DNA of 64,000 bases from Bacteroidales bacterium. GTDB taxonomy: Bacteria > Bacteroidota > Bacteroidia > Bacteroidales > Muribaculaceae. Location of the stretch: NCBI GenBank assembly GCA_015060975.1, contig SUXI01000005.1, positions 55,810-119,809 on the forward strand, written 5' to 3'. The notes beneath the pieces are model-generated. The model had not been told where the DNA came from and did no database searches. It worked only from the letters and a program-made list of their open reading frames with translations. Position numbers and translations under genes: made by a program. Shown piece after piece: positions 8,186-17,926 of the stretch (within the stretch, counting starts at the first letter, position 1; every line of letters starts with the position of its first letter).

Positions 8186-8211
8186 AAGGGCAACCCGTGA
8201 GAGTTGCCCTT
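8186..8211. terminator. Hairpin terminator between convergent ATPase and murQ genes
   Basis: aagggcaac-ccgtgaga-gttgccctt followed by tatcattt; lies between the ends of 6610..8025 (+) and 8241..9062 (-). Confidence 0.45.
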
Positions 8212-8240
8212 TATCATTTATGTTCTTATATCAAATGAGA

Positions 8241-9062
8241 TTATGCTTGTTCGGCGCGGTAGGCGTCGCAGGCGCGTTTTACTTCGCCGTGGAGGAGTAG
8301 AAGGCGTTTTGCTTCTTCATATTCCAAGCCAAGTTCTTCAACAACCATGCGAGTGCCACGGTCAACGAGCTTAGCGTTAGAAAGTTGCATATTCACCATC
8401 TTATTACCTTTCACACGACCCATTTGAATCATAACGGCTGTAGTAATCATGTTACAAATCATTTTTTGACCTGTACCCGATTTCATACGTGAGCTACCTG
8501 TAACGTATTCAGGACCTACAATCATTTCGATAGCGATGTCGGCTGCTTGTGAGATAGGAGCATCGGGGTTAGAAGTGATAGCAGCAGTCAAAATACCTCG
8601 TTCGCGGCAAGCGTTGAGCGCACCAATCACGTATGGAGTAGTACCTGATGCAGCGATACCGATAACGGTGTCTTTTTCGTTGATGTTGAATGCTTCGAGG
8701 TCTTTCCAACCTTGATTAGTGTCATCTTCAGCATTTTCTACCGGATTGCGGAGTGCAACGTCGCCTCCGGCGATAAGACCGATAACCCAAGATGGATCCA
8801 TTCCGTATGTAGGAGGAATTTCAGATGCATCAAGCACACCAAGACGACCTGAAGTACCTGCACCCATATAGAAGATGCGACCACCTTTTTTCATGCGGCT
8901 AACGATACCTGTTACGAGTTTTTCGATTTGAGGAATTGCTTTTTCTACTGCAAAAGCAACTTTTTTATCCTCATTGTTAATATCGGTGAGGAGTTCCAAT
9001 ACCGACTTTTTTTCCAAGTCATTGTAAAGTGAAGGTTGTTCACTGATTTTTACAAATGCCAT
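8241..9062 (-). CDS. murQ: N-acetylmuramic acid 6-phosphate etherase
   Basis: 273 aa; SIS-domain signature GRIFYMGAGTSGRLGVLDASEIPPTYG; length and C-terminal helical tail typical of MurQ. Confidence 0.9.
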   Translation of the reverse strand: MAFVKISEQPSLYNDLEKKSVLELLTDINNEDKKVAFAVEKAIPQIEKLVTGIVSRMKKGGRIFYMGAGTSGRLGVLDASEIPPTYGMDPSWVIGLIAGGDVALRNPVENAEDDTNQGWKDLEAFNINEKDTVIGIAASGTTPYVIGALNACRERGILTAAITSNPDAPISQAADIAIEMIVGPEYVTGSSRMKSGTGQKMICNMITTAVMIQMGRVKGNKMVNMQLSNAKLVDRGTRMVVEELGLEYEEAKRLLLLHGEVKRACDAYRAEQA

Positions 9063-9104
9063 TTTATCTGAATTTTAAATTATTAATTTTTAATTGTGCA
9101 TTAA

Positions 9105-9941
9105 TTAAGCGTGGTAAGCGATGAGGCCTTCCATTGGAGCTTGAAGGATTTTACCGATTTTGCAGTCAACTGCATCGGCTGCCTCTTCAAGAACTTCGCG
9201 ATAGTAGTGAGCGATAGAACCAACGAAGTTGATGCTATAATCTTTATAGTTATCGTAGTTAGCGATGTTGCGCACGAAGAATGCTTTGAATGCATTCAAT
9301 ACTAAGCGGTGAACAGCAGGCTCTTCGATGTTTTGAATGAGGAATGGAGTGATTGAAGCGAGGAAGCGGTTAGCCGGGTGTTCGCGATACACTTTTTGAA
9401 TAATTTTCATACGATCGAGGTCGTATTGAGCGAGGAATTTTTCGCAAAGAGGTTCGGGAAGCTGTTTTTTCAACACGTCGCCAACGAGCAATTTACCGAG
9501 CACAGCACCACTACCTTCGTCACCGAGGATATAACCGAGTGGAGACACATTGTCAACGATTTTTTCGCCATCATAGTAGCAAGAGTTAGAACCGGTACCC
9601 AAGATACAAGCAATACCTGCTTCGTGACCAAAGAGAGCACGAGCAGCAGCGAGAAGGTCGGTATAAACTTCGATTACAGGAGCCGGAACGTGAGCAGCGA
9701 TAGCGCGACACACATTGCCACACACATCTTCGTTGATACAACCTGCACCATAGAAATAGATGCTTTCGAATGTCATACCCTCTACCTCGGGTTTCAACTC
9801 GTTTCCCATACGCTCAGCCATTTCCTCTTCGGTGAGCATGATAGCGTTCATACCCGGAGTGAAGAACTCCTTAACTACTTTTCCATCTTCAACGGCACAC
9901 CATTGGATTTTGGTAGAGCCACAATCTGCAATTAATTTCAT
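9105..9941 (-). CDS. BadF/BadG/BcrA/BcrD-type sugar kinase, MurNAc/GlcNAc kinase (MurK-like)
   Basis: 278 aa; MKLIADCGSTK, ILGTGSNS, GYILGDEGSG motifs of the ASKHA N-acetylhexosamine kinases; directly upstream of murQ, as in the Tannerella murK-murQ arrangement. Confidence 0.7.
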   Translation of the reverse strand: MKLIADCGSTKIQWCAVEDGKVVKEFFTPGMNAIMLTEEEMAERMGNELKPEVEGMTFESIYFYGAGCINEDVCGNVCRAIAAHVPAPVIEVYTDLLAAARALFGHEAGIACILGTGSNSCYYDGEKIVDNVSPLGYILGDEGSGAVLGKLLVGDVLKKQLPEPLCEKFLAQYDLDRMKIIQKVYREHPANRFLASITPFLIQNIEEPAVHRLVLNAFKAFFVRNIANYDNYKDYSINFVGSIAHYYREVLEEAADAVDCKIGKILQAPMEGLIAYHA

Positions 9942-9956
9942 GTCTTATATTTGTTA

Positions 9957-11123
9957 TTATATTTTTATATAGATTTTCTTTTTGTAAAGGTAATACCCTA
10001 TTGACCAGCAAAGAGCGATAAACATAATCGCATAGATGCACGATGCAAGTGTTTTGTCGCCAAGCATCGACACAAGAAATTCATTATATACATATCCTTT
10101 TATAGACAATTCGGCAGTTCCAAACTTAAATGAGCCAAAGATAATGCCTAACACACCACCAAGCACATACAAGAACAAGGGATTGATGCCAAACGCTTCA
10201 AAGAAACGACACCATTTCTTATATCCTTTTATATCAATAATCCAAATAAGCAATGCAAGGAATGTAGAAGCCAATCCACATGTAGCAAGCGCGAATGTTG
10301 GAGTCCAAAGCTTTTTATTGATGGGAATAGCATAATCAAAAAGGAAACCGAGAGTCATCAATATGGCTCCGATAATAAACAAGCGATTTACTCGCATATT
10401 TATATCCTTTACTTCCATCATTTTCATACCTGCCCAAAAGCCAATTAAGACATGAGCAATTGAGGGAATAGTACTTAACAACCCTTCGGGATCGAATGCA
10501 AGTTTTACTCCATCAATAGTATCTTTATACATGTGATCAATACCAAGAACTGCTTGATCGATTACCGACACAATGTTTTGTTCTGAAAACACAAGACCAT
10601 ATTCATCGACCAACAATATCACGCCATAGCCCACCAAAAGAGTTGCAACAGCCCATAATATGTGTTTGCAACGAAGCAATAACACAATTATTGATGCGGC
10701 ACCATAGCATAACGCCAAACGTGGCATAACTCCTAGAATGCGAATTGTGTCGAATGAGTTGGCGGCTTCAAAGAATGATTTACCTCCGGCAATACCATAA
10801 CACAATTTGCTAAACCATGCTATTCCGAGCCCAATGGCAAATATAACAATTGTGCGTTTGATGATTTTGTATAATAACGACCCTGACATTTTAAACTCAA
10901 ACTTGCGCATTGAGATAAATGTAGAGATACCCATTATAAACATAAAGAATGGGAAAATAAGATCGGTAGGAGTTAAACCATTCCAAGGTGCGTGACCAAG
11001 CGGACGATACATATTACTCCATGAACCGGGATTGTTTACAAGTAACATGCCTGCGATGGTAATACCGCGAAGGATATCAAGAGCAAGCATGCGTTGACTT
11101 TGTTTTTTTATAACTTCTGCCAT
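9957..11123 (-). CDS. Polytopic membrane acyltransferase-like protein, heparan-alpha-glucosaminide N-acetyltransferase-like (DUF1624/DUF5009)
   Basis: 388 aa, roughly 10-11 hydrophobic spans; N-terminal LALDILRGITIAGMLLVNNPGSW characteristic of this family. Confidence 0.65.
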   Translation of the reverse strand: MAEVIKKQSQRMLALDILRGITIAGMLLVNNPGSWSNMYRPLGHAPWNGLTPTDLIFPFFMFIMGISTFISMRKFEFKMSGSLLYKIIKRTIVIFAIGLGIAWFSKLCYGIAGGKSFFEAANSFDTIRILGVMPRLALCYGAASIIVLLLRCKHILWAVATLLVGYGVILLVDEYGLVFSEQNIVSVIDQAVLGIDHMYKDTIDGVKLAFDPEGLLSTIPSIAHVLIGFWAGMKMMEVKDINMRVNRLFIIGAILMTLGFLFDYAIPINKKLWTPTFALATCGLASTFLALLIWIIDIKGYKKWCRFFEAFGINPLFLYVLGGVLGIIFGSFKFGTAELSIKGYVYNEFLVSMLGDKTLASCIYAIMFIALCWSIGYYLYKKKIYIKI

Positions 11124-11132
11124 CAGATAAAT

Positions 11133-13931
11133 TTATTTTTTTGATTTAGTACAACTATCAACCAAGTAAGCGATTGACTTATATGGAATACCACTATTAG
11201 TGGTCAACCCTATTTCACAAGTGCGGCTATTAGAATAACCATGAGTAGCACCCGATGCTTCGATTTGTGGACGAAGCTTACGCAATCCATATTTATTCAA
11301 TTCGGGCATCATGAAACCTTTGTCGCCGGCAAATCCACAACAACCTATTTCGGTAGGAATCACTACGTTGCGAGAACACATGCGAGCGAGAGCGATGATT
11401 TTATCGGCAAGTCCCATGCGTCGCAATGAACAAGTAACGTGAACGGCAATTGTTTCGTCGGTTTGTGTAAACGCTAAATTAGGTGCAAGGAATTCATAAA
11501 TAAATTCGGCTGGCTCGTAAAGATGCATTGATTTAATATGATCTCGCATGCGGTGTAAACATGGGCTTTGGTCACAAAGCACAGGATATTTACCATTTTC
11601 CGACGCTTCAAGTAATGCTTTTTCTAGTTCAGCAGTCTTGCGATCGGCAATATCGGGCATACCTTTACTTTCCCAAATCATACCGCAACAAAGTTTCTTC
11701 ATGTTTTTAGGGAAGATAACTTCATATCCGGCTTTATTACATAGTGCAATAATAGTATCAACCAATGTTTCCACTTTTTTGCCTTTTTCACGCGATTGTC
11801 CTAATGTTTGGTTAATACAACTTGGGAAATACACAACTTTGCGTTCGCTTGCTTGCGCTGCAACCTTAGGAGAATAGAATGCGCCGGGGAGTGAAGGAGT
11901 CCACAATGGCACCCCCACTTTGTGCAAAGCACCACCAATTGCATTCACACCACCATCGCCAAGGATTTTTCCGGCAAAGTTGGCCATTGAAAGCACCGGA
12001 CGAAATACTCCGGTGATATTGTGGAGATTTTTAGCCGCAAAATCACCAATCTTATACCCCATGCTACCTTTTGGCAATGATGCTTGACGCAAATCATGAA
12101 TCATCTCACCTGTGTTATTACCCATCGGACATGACATGCTACACAAGCCATCGCCTGCACATGTGGCGTTACCATAAGTTTCGAATTGTTTTTCAAGACG
12201 AGCCAAACGAGCTGAATCTTCGCCTGTTGTTCTCAATCGTGTAATCTCACGTTGAGCCACAATGCGTTGACGAGCTGAGAGCGAGCCTGAATAACCACAT
12301 GACACACAATTCACCTCACAGAATCCACATTCGATACATTTATCGACGTGAGGATTAGTCAATGGCATTGGTTTCAAGCCTTTGATATAACATTCGGGAT
12401 CGTCATTGAAAATTACACCGGGGTTAAGTATATTTTGTGGGTCAAAAAGTTCTTTGACGCGTTTCATCATCGTCCAAGCTTTTGTGCCCCATTCTTTTTC
12501 TACGAAAGGAGCCATGTTGCGACCTGTACCATGTTCGGCTTTCAATGAGCCATCATAGCGATCAACAACAAGACGTTCGACAGCCAACATCAACTCTTTG
12601 TAACGATTAATTTCTTCTTGAGAGTCGAATGACTGTGATATGATAAAGTGATAGTTTCCTTCAAGTGCGTGACCATAGATACAAGCATCGTTGTAGCCAT
12701 TATCTTGAAGTAATTGTTGCAATTCCACAGTAGCCTTTGGAAGGTCCTCGATGTGGAATGCCACGTCCTCAATCAACACTGTTGAGCCAAGAGGACGAGT
12801 ACCGCCAACCGATGGGAAGATACCTGAACGGATTTTCCAATATTCAGAGTATTCTTCAGGTTTGTCGGTAAAGTAAGCCGGTTTGAAGAGGTTAAACGGC
12901 TTGAGAATTTCGAGAATTTCGTTGATATTCTTTTGCAACTCTTCGGGAGTGTCGGCCTTTGTTTCGGTGAGCACAGCAGTGAGCCCTTCGCCTGTTGGGT
13001 CGTTTACTGCCGAGAGTGATTTTTTGTCGAGAAGTTCGGCTCCGAATACCGGACCTTTCTTCATAGCCACCACAGCTTTACAAGCTTCTTCCAAGTCGCT
13101 GAAATAAAGCATAGCACTTGCTGAGCAAGGATAAAGATGAGCAGTGTTTACTGTGATTTCAGAGAGGAATGCCAATGTACCTTCCGAGCCAACGATGCTA
13201 TGAGCGATAATATCGAATGGATCGTCAAATTCGATAAATGGCAATAGATTAAGTCCTGTAACGTTTTTAATGCTATATTTATATTTAATACGCTCTGCAA
13301 GTTCTTTATCGGCTCTGATTTCGTTGCGTATATTCATGATTTCCTCCATGAATTGAGGTTTGTTCATTGCAAAAAGTTTGCGAGAACGGTCATCGCCGGT
13401 GTCAAGCACAGTACCATCGGCAAAAACCAAACGTACTGACTTCAAAATCTTGTCACTATTAGCGTGAGTGCCACAGTTCATACCCGAAGCATTGTTCACT
13501 ACAATACCACCCACCATAGCCGAGTTTTTAGAGGCGGGGTCGGGAGAGAACATACGACCATAGGGTTTTAGGTAGTCATTTACACGACTACCTATAATCC
13601 CGGGTTGTAGTTTTATTGTTTCGGCACCGGGACCAATTTCATAGCCTTCCCAGTGCTTACCTGCCACAATCAAAATTGAGTCACTAATGGCTTGCCCCGA
13701 AAGGCTTGTTCCTGCCGCACGGAATGTCACGGGTAAATTATGTTTAGATGCAATCGAAAGCAGTTTCGACACCTCTTCTTCATTATTTGAACGAATCACA
13801 ATTTGAGGTATCATGCGGTAAAAACCGGCATCGGTACCCCATGCGAGGAGACGAAGATCATCGGTATAAATACGATCTTTTGATACTATACCTTTTATGT
13901 CTTTTAAAAACTCTTTATAAGCAAGTTCCAT
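11133..13931 (-). CDS. FAD-binding plus Fe-S (CCG-domain) 2-hydroxyacid dehydrogenase, Dld-II-type putative D-lactate dehydrogenase
   Basis: 932 aa; FAD PCMH-type domain (VTFRAAGTSLSGQA); two 4Fe-4S motifs (CIECGFCEVNCVSCG, CAGDGLCSMSCPMG); two CCG motifs (CCGMIWESKG, CCGFAGDKG). Substrate is inferred from context only. Confidence 0.75.
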   Translation of the reverse strand: MELAYKEFLKDIKGIVSKDRIYTDDLRLLAWGTDAGFYRMIPQIVIRSNNEEEVSKLLSIASKHNLPVTFRAAGTSLSGQAISDSILIVAGKHWEGYEIGPGAETIKLQPGIIGSRVNDYLKPYGRMFSPDPASKNSAMVGGIVVNNASGMNCGTHANSDKILKSVRLVFADGTVLDTGDDRSRKLFAMNKPQFMEEIMNIRNEIRADKELAERIKYKYSIKNVTGLNLLPFIEFDDPFDIIAHSIVGSEGTLAFLSEITVNTAHLYPCSASAMLYFSDLEEACKAVVAMKKGPVFGAELLDKKSLSAVNDPTGEGLTAVLTETKADTPEELQKNINEILEILKPFNLFKPAYFTDKPEEYSEYWKIRSGIFPSVGGTRPLGSTVLIEDVAFHIEDLPKATVELQQLLQDNGYNDACIYGHALEGNYHFIISQSFDSQEEINRYKELMLAVERLVVDRYDGSLKAEHGTGRNMAPFVEKEWGTKAWTMMKRVKELFDPQNILNPGVIFNDDPECYIKGLKPMPLTNPHVDKCIECGFCEVNCVSCGYSGSLSARQRIVAQREITRLRTTGEDSARLARLEKQFETYGNATCAGDGLCSMSCPMGNNTGEMIHDLRQASLPKGSMGYKIGDFAAKNLHNITGVFRPVLSMANFAGKILGDGGVNAIGGALHKVGVPLWTPSLPGAFYSPKVAAQASERKVVYFPSCINQTLGQSREKGKKVETLVDTIIALCNKAGYEVIFPKNMKKLCCGMIWESKGMPDIADRKTAELEKALLEASENGKYPVLCDQSPCLHRMRDHIKSMHLYEPAEFIYEFLAPNLAFTQTDETIAVHVTCSLRRMGLADKIIALARMCSRNVVIPTEIGCCGFAGDKGFMMPELNKYGLRKLRPQIEASGATHGYSNSRTCEIGLTTNSGIPYKSIAYLVDSCTKSKK

Positions 13932-13954
13932 AGTGATTATATAATTATGTCTTT

Positions 13955-15205
13955 TTAATTGTAGAGATAATATTTAGCCGATTTGGCTTTAAAAGCTTCA
14001 ACATCTTTGTTCCAATAGTCAATGATGTCGGCTACTTTATAATTCTTAGAGAATTTGACGCGAATTTGGTCGGTACCACAAACTTTGTCAAACATGTTCC
14101 AACGGTTGCCCAATGTGCCTTGACCATCTTCGTCGAGGAGGCGTTTGTCGGGGTACATTTCGGCCAAAATTTCCATTGCATGGAATTGAACCATAGTCAA
14201 TTCACAATCAAGCACATCGGTCACATAAAGTTGAACGCCTTGAAGGTTCTCTCCTTTACCCACGCTATAATAAGGTTTGATGTGAATTGGACGGAAGTCA
14301 ATACCTTTAAGATTCAACGCATTCAATCGTTTGCAGAATTCATTTGCATCAATCCATGAAGCACAAATCAATTGGAATGGCATTGTATAACCTACACCAA
14401 TTGAAACGAAATACAATTCACCGATAATACCTGTTGTGGGGTAATAAATAGCCGATTGTGGATATGGTTGATGTGGCGATGGGAGAATCCAAGGCATACC
14501 TGTTTGATCGAATGTCATATAACGATGCCAGCCGGTCATAGGCACAACTGTCAATTTCGTTTTCTTTCCATCTTTCAACATGCCATCATTGAGCATCAAA
14601 GCAAGCTCACCGGGAGTCAAACCATAAAGATAAGGTATCTTGAATTGGCTCACCAATGAGTAAAAACCATCTTCAACAAGGTTACCTTCAACCTTCAATC
14701 CAGAAAGAGGATTGGGGCGATCGAGTACCATAAACTCCTTGCCGTTTTCGGCACACGCTTCCATACACAATCCCATTGTGCTGATGAATGTGAATGAACG
14801 ACAGCCATTGTCTTGAATGTCATAAACAAGCACATCAACATCTTTAAGCATTTCGGCCGATGGTTTCTTGTTTTTACCATATAAAGAATATACGGTAACA
14901 CCTGTTGCCGCATCGGTGTAAGTATCAACCTTTTCACCTGCGGGGATATCGCCACGCACACCATGTTCGGGGCTATAAAGAGCTTTAAGCTCTACACCCG
15001 GAGCATTGGCAATAATGTCGATTGTTGACACAAGATTATTGTCAACACCACTGGGATTGGTAATCAACCCCACACGTTTGCCTTTCAACTGCTCAAAACC
15101 ACCATCACGAAGTGTTTCCACTCCGGGTTTTACTTGAGCAGAAGCTGCCATTGCCACAAAAGCGGCAATGGCGAGCACTGATATTTTTTTCAACAATGAA
15201 ATCAT
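13955..15205 (-). CDS. namZ: DUF1343 family exo-beta-N-acetylmuramidase
   Basis: 416 aa; signal peptide; GKRVGLITNPSGV, VLVYDIQDNGCRSFTF and LDRPNPL motifs of DUF1343 (YbbC/NamZ). Confidence 0.7.
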   Translation of the reverse strand: MISLLKKISVLAIAAFVAMAASAQVKPGVETLRDGGFEQLKGKRVGLITNPSGVDNNLVSTIDIIANAPGVELKALYSPEHGVRGDIPAGEKVDTYTDAATGVTVYSLYGKNKKPSAEMLKDVDVLVYDIQDNGCRSFTFISTMGLCMEACAENGKEFMVLDRPNPLSGLKVEGNLVEDGFYSLVSQFKIPYLYGLTPGELALMLNDGMLKDGKKTKLTVVPMTGWHRYMTFDQTGMPWILPSPHQPYPQSAIYYPTTGIIGELYFVSIGVGYTMPFQLICASWIDANEFCKRLNALNLKGIDFRPIHIKPYYSVGKGENLQGVQLYVTDVLDCELTMVQFHAMEILAEMYPDKRLLDEDGQGTLGNRWNMFDKVCGTDQIRVKFSKNYKVADIIDYWNKDVEAFKAKSAKYYLYN

Positions 15206-15206
15206 G

Positions 15207-16574
15207 TTATTTCTTTTCTTCTACTTGTTTTGCTCCATATTTAGGGTCGATGTGCTTGCGCACAAGAGCTGTTACAGCCCATGTGGCAAAGTTACAAGCA
15301 AGTACCCACCAGAAGAAGTTGATATATGAGTTACCCAACATTTCCTCTTTGATATAACCGGCTGCCATACCCGGAAGCATCATACCAAGAGCCATGAATG
15401 CTGTACAAATTGCATAGTGTGATGTTTTGTAAGGACCATCAGCAAAATACATCATATAAAGCATAAATGCGGTGAAACCGAATCCGTAGGCAAATTGTTC
15501 AAGAACGATAGCGCTAAAGATTATAGCTTTACCACCAATTTCAGCGTATGAAGGTTGCACGTTAGATAGGATGATATATGCCACACAGTTGAGTGAAGTA
15601 GCAAGAGCCATTGGCCAGATCCATTTTTTAAGACCACCTTTAGATGCAACAATACCTCCGATGATACCACCGACAGTAAGACCAATGATAGCAAGCGTAC
15701 CATATGCAAAACCTACTTCGGTTTGAGTCATGCCAAGACCTCCTGCTTCACGAGCTGCAAGAAGGAATGGTTGACAAAGTTTAACTACTTGAGCTTCAGG
15801 GAGACGATAAAGAAGCATGAATAACATTGCAAGAACAACGTGTTTCTTTTGGAAGAAAGTAACAAATGAACCTGAGAACTCTTTAACAATGTCACCAACA
15901 CTTTTCTTCTTAGAATCTTCTCCACCAACTGCCTTATCAGCTGCAGGAGCCGGAAGAATGAACGCATGGTAAAGTGATACAACCGCAAAGAATGCAGCAC
16001 AAATTATTACTGTGTATTTCCAACCAAGAGCTACATCTCCGGTTTGAGTTTGGAGAAGTCCGGCAAGGATAACAAGACCACCTTGACCAAACACATTGGC
16101 ACAACGATAGAATGTAGAACGAATACCTACGAACATACTTTGCTCTGATGTGTTAAGTGCAATCATATAGAAGCCGTCAGAAGCGATGTCGTGAGTTGCA
16201 GAACAGAATGCAGTAATAAAATAGAAAAATAAGCATAACATAAATGCACTTACAGGAAGCCCATTTGCAATTTCTTCCTTATTAGGTAATGGTAGAGTAA
16301 ATGCAATTGCGGCAAGACCAATAGCCACACATATTTGCATTGTCACAGTCCACCAACGTTTTGTGCGAATAATATCAACAATTGGTCCCCAGAATGGTTT
16401 AATTACCCAAGGTAAGTACAACCAACCGGTGTAAAGAGTGGCGTCGGTTTCCGACATGCCAAGTTGAGTAAAGAGAACCATTGTCACCATATTGATGAAA
16501 ATAAATGGAATCCCTTGTGCAAAGTAGAGCGTAGGAATCCACGCCCAAGGGTTGCGTTTTGTTGCTTTAGCCAT
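15207..16574 (-). CDS. ampG: AmpG-family muropeptide MFS permease
   Basis: 455 aa, about 12-14 TM spans; N-terminus NPWAWIPTLYFAQGIPFIFINMV typical of AmpG; 1-nt gap to namZ. Confidence 0.8.
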   Translation of the reverse strand: MAKATKRNPWAWIPTLYFAQGIPFIFINMVTMVLFTQLGMSETDATLYTGWLYLPWVIKPFWGPIVDIIRTKRWWTVTMQICVAIGLAAIAFTLPLPNKEEIANGLPVSAFMLCLFFYFITAFCSATHDIASDGFYMIALNTSEQSMFVGIRSTFYRCANVFGQGGLVILAGLLQTQTGDVALGWKYTVIICAAFFAVVSLYHAFILPAPAADKAVGGEDSKKKSVGDIVKEFSGSFVTFFQKKHVVLAMLFMLLYRLPEAQVVKLCQPFLLAAREAGGLGMTQTEVGFAYGTLAIIGLTVGGIIGGIVASKGGLKKWIWPMALATSLNCVAYIILSNVQPSYAEIGGKAIIFSAIVLEQFAYGFGFTAFMLYMMYFADGPYKTSHYAICTAFMALGMMLPGMAAGYIKEEMLGNSYINFFWWVLACNFATWAVTALVRKHIDPKYGAKQVEEKK

Positions 16575-16597
16575 TTTCTTATTTTTTTATTTAGTTA

Positions 16598-17914
16598 TTA
16601 ATATAATTCTTTAATTTCAGCATCAACAAAGTAGTGCAGAAGGATTTCTTTGTAGTCATAACCTTTAGCTCCCATTACGGCAGCACCGATTTGGCAAAGC
16701 CCCACACCATGTCCCCACCCTGCACCTTTGAGGGTGAAAGTCGAGGGAAATCCGTTTGCATCATTTTCACCTTTTTCCACCACGAAAGCCGAGCTGTAGA
16801 GATGAGAAGGAGAAAGTGTGCGACGAATTTCAAGTTCTTTACCAATAGTAAGAGTTTTGTTTGTACCTACAATTTTGAGTTTATAAAGTCGGCCTGAAGT
16901 ACCACGAGCGATGGGCACAAGGTCAACGATATTTCCATAATCCATACCTGAGCGTTCTTTCACCAATTTAGAAATTTCTTCTTGAGTGTAAGTAACTTCC
17001 CAGCGATAGAAGTCGGTAGTTTCTTGGTCGTAGTTATTTAGAACTTGTGAAAGGATTTCTGCATCAGAGGTATTACAATGAGCTTCGGGACGAGTCAAAA
17101 TCCATTCACGAGCATTTTCTTCAATAGTCAAGTCGGGGAAATCTGTTTCATTTTCACCATCACGACGTGCTGCAAGGTAATCATAGTGAATAGGTTCCCA
17201 GCAGTTTTCAAATTCTTCATAAACGCCACCACAGCATTTAGAGAAACGAGCGTCGCAAAGATTTTCACCGTCCATCAACACTTGTCCGCGAGTTGCTTCG
17301 ATAGCTTTGGCTACTTGAGGAGTAGATGCACGGGTGATTCCTTGATAACGTTGACAGTGGTCGTCGGCACACACATCGAAATTGATGTGATCTTCGCGGT
17401 CATACCACTTAATCATTTCATCATCAGATGTTTTTTCAACAGCCGAGTATTGTTCACCTGCGTCAACGATACGTTTATTTTTGTCGATTTGAGCCAATAA
17501 CCAGCTACGCGAAATCACGGCATGAGCCTTAAGCAATTCAAGTGAAGCGGTTGCACTCATTTCTGAAGAAATAACGCTCAACAAATAATCTTCAACACCT
17601 AATATATTAACAGGTGTGATTTTACCGTTTTCGACGATAAGTTTGAGCGCGCCTTTGAAACGTTGGTTTTCTTTACGTTCCCAGTGGAAGTTTACCCCAA
17701 TGGTCACATCTTCAAGCCAAAAGGAAACTTCATCGTTTGCTGGTTCAAAAAACAGTTCGGTATATTCTTTATTGTTCCAAATAATAGATTTACCATCGGT
17801 GGTAGCCACTTGGCTACCACTGACAGTATTATCTGAAACATGGAAATCACCGTCGAGGATAAATTTAACCTCTGCGGCACTCATGATGCCGACCTTAATT
17901 TTGGGTTCTTCCAT
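16598..17914 (-). CDS. SpoIID/LytB-domain protein (lytic-transglycosylase-like), no recognisable signal peptide
   Basis: 438 aa; DDHCQRYQG and GWGHGVGLCQIGAAVMA-type motifs of the SpoIID family; N-terminus MEEPKIKVGIMSAAEVKF is not hydrophobic. Confidence 0.75.
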   Translation of the reverse strand: MEEPKIKVGIMSAAEVKFILDGDFHVSDNTVSGSQVATTDGKSIIWNNKEYTELFFEPANDEVSFWLEDVTIGVNFHWERKENQRFKGALKLIVENGKITPVNILGVEDYLLSVISSEMSATASLELLKAHAVISRSWLLAQIDKNKRIVDAGEQYSAVEKTSDDEMIKWYDREDHINFDVCADDHCQRYQGITRASTPQVAKAIEATRGQVLMDGENLCDARFSKCCGGVYEEFENCWEPIHYDYLAARRDGENETDFPDLTIEENAREWILTRPEAHCNTSDAEILSQVLNNYDQETTDFYRWEVTYTQEEISKLVKERSGMDYGNIVDLVPIARGTSGRLYKLKIVGTNKTLTIGKELEIRRTLSPSHLYSSAFVVEKGENDANGFPSTFTLKGAGWGHGVGLCQIGAAVMGAKGYDYKEILLHYFVDAEIKELY

Positions 17915-17926
17915 TAGTTTGTGTTA

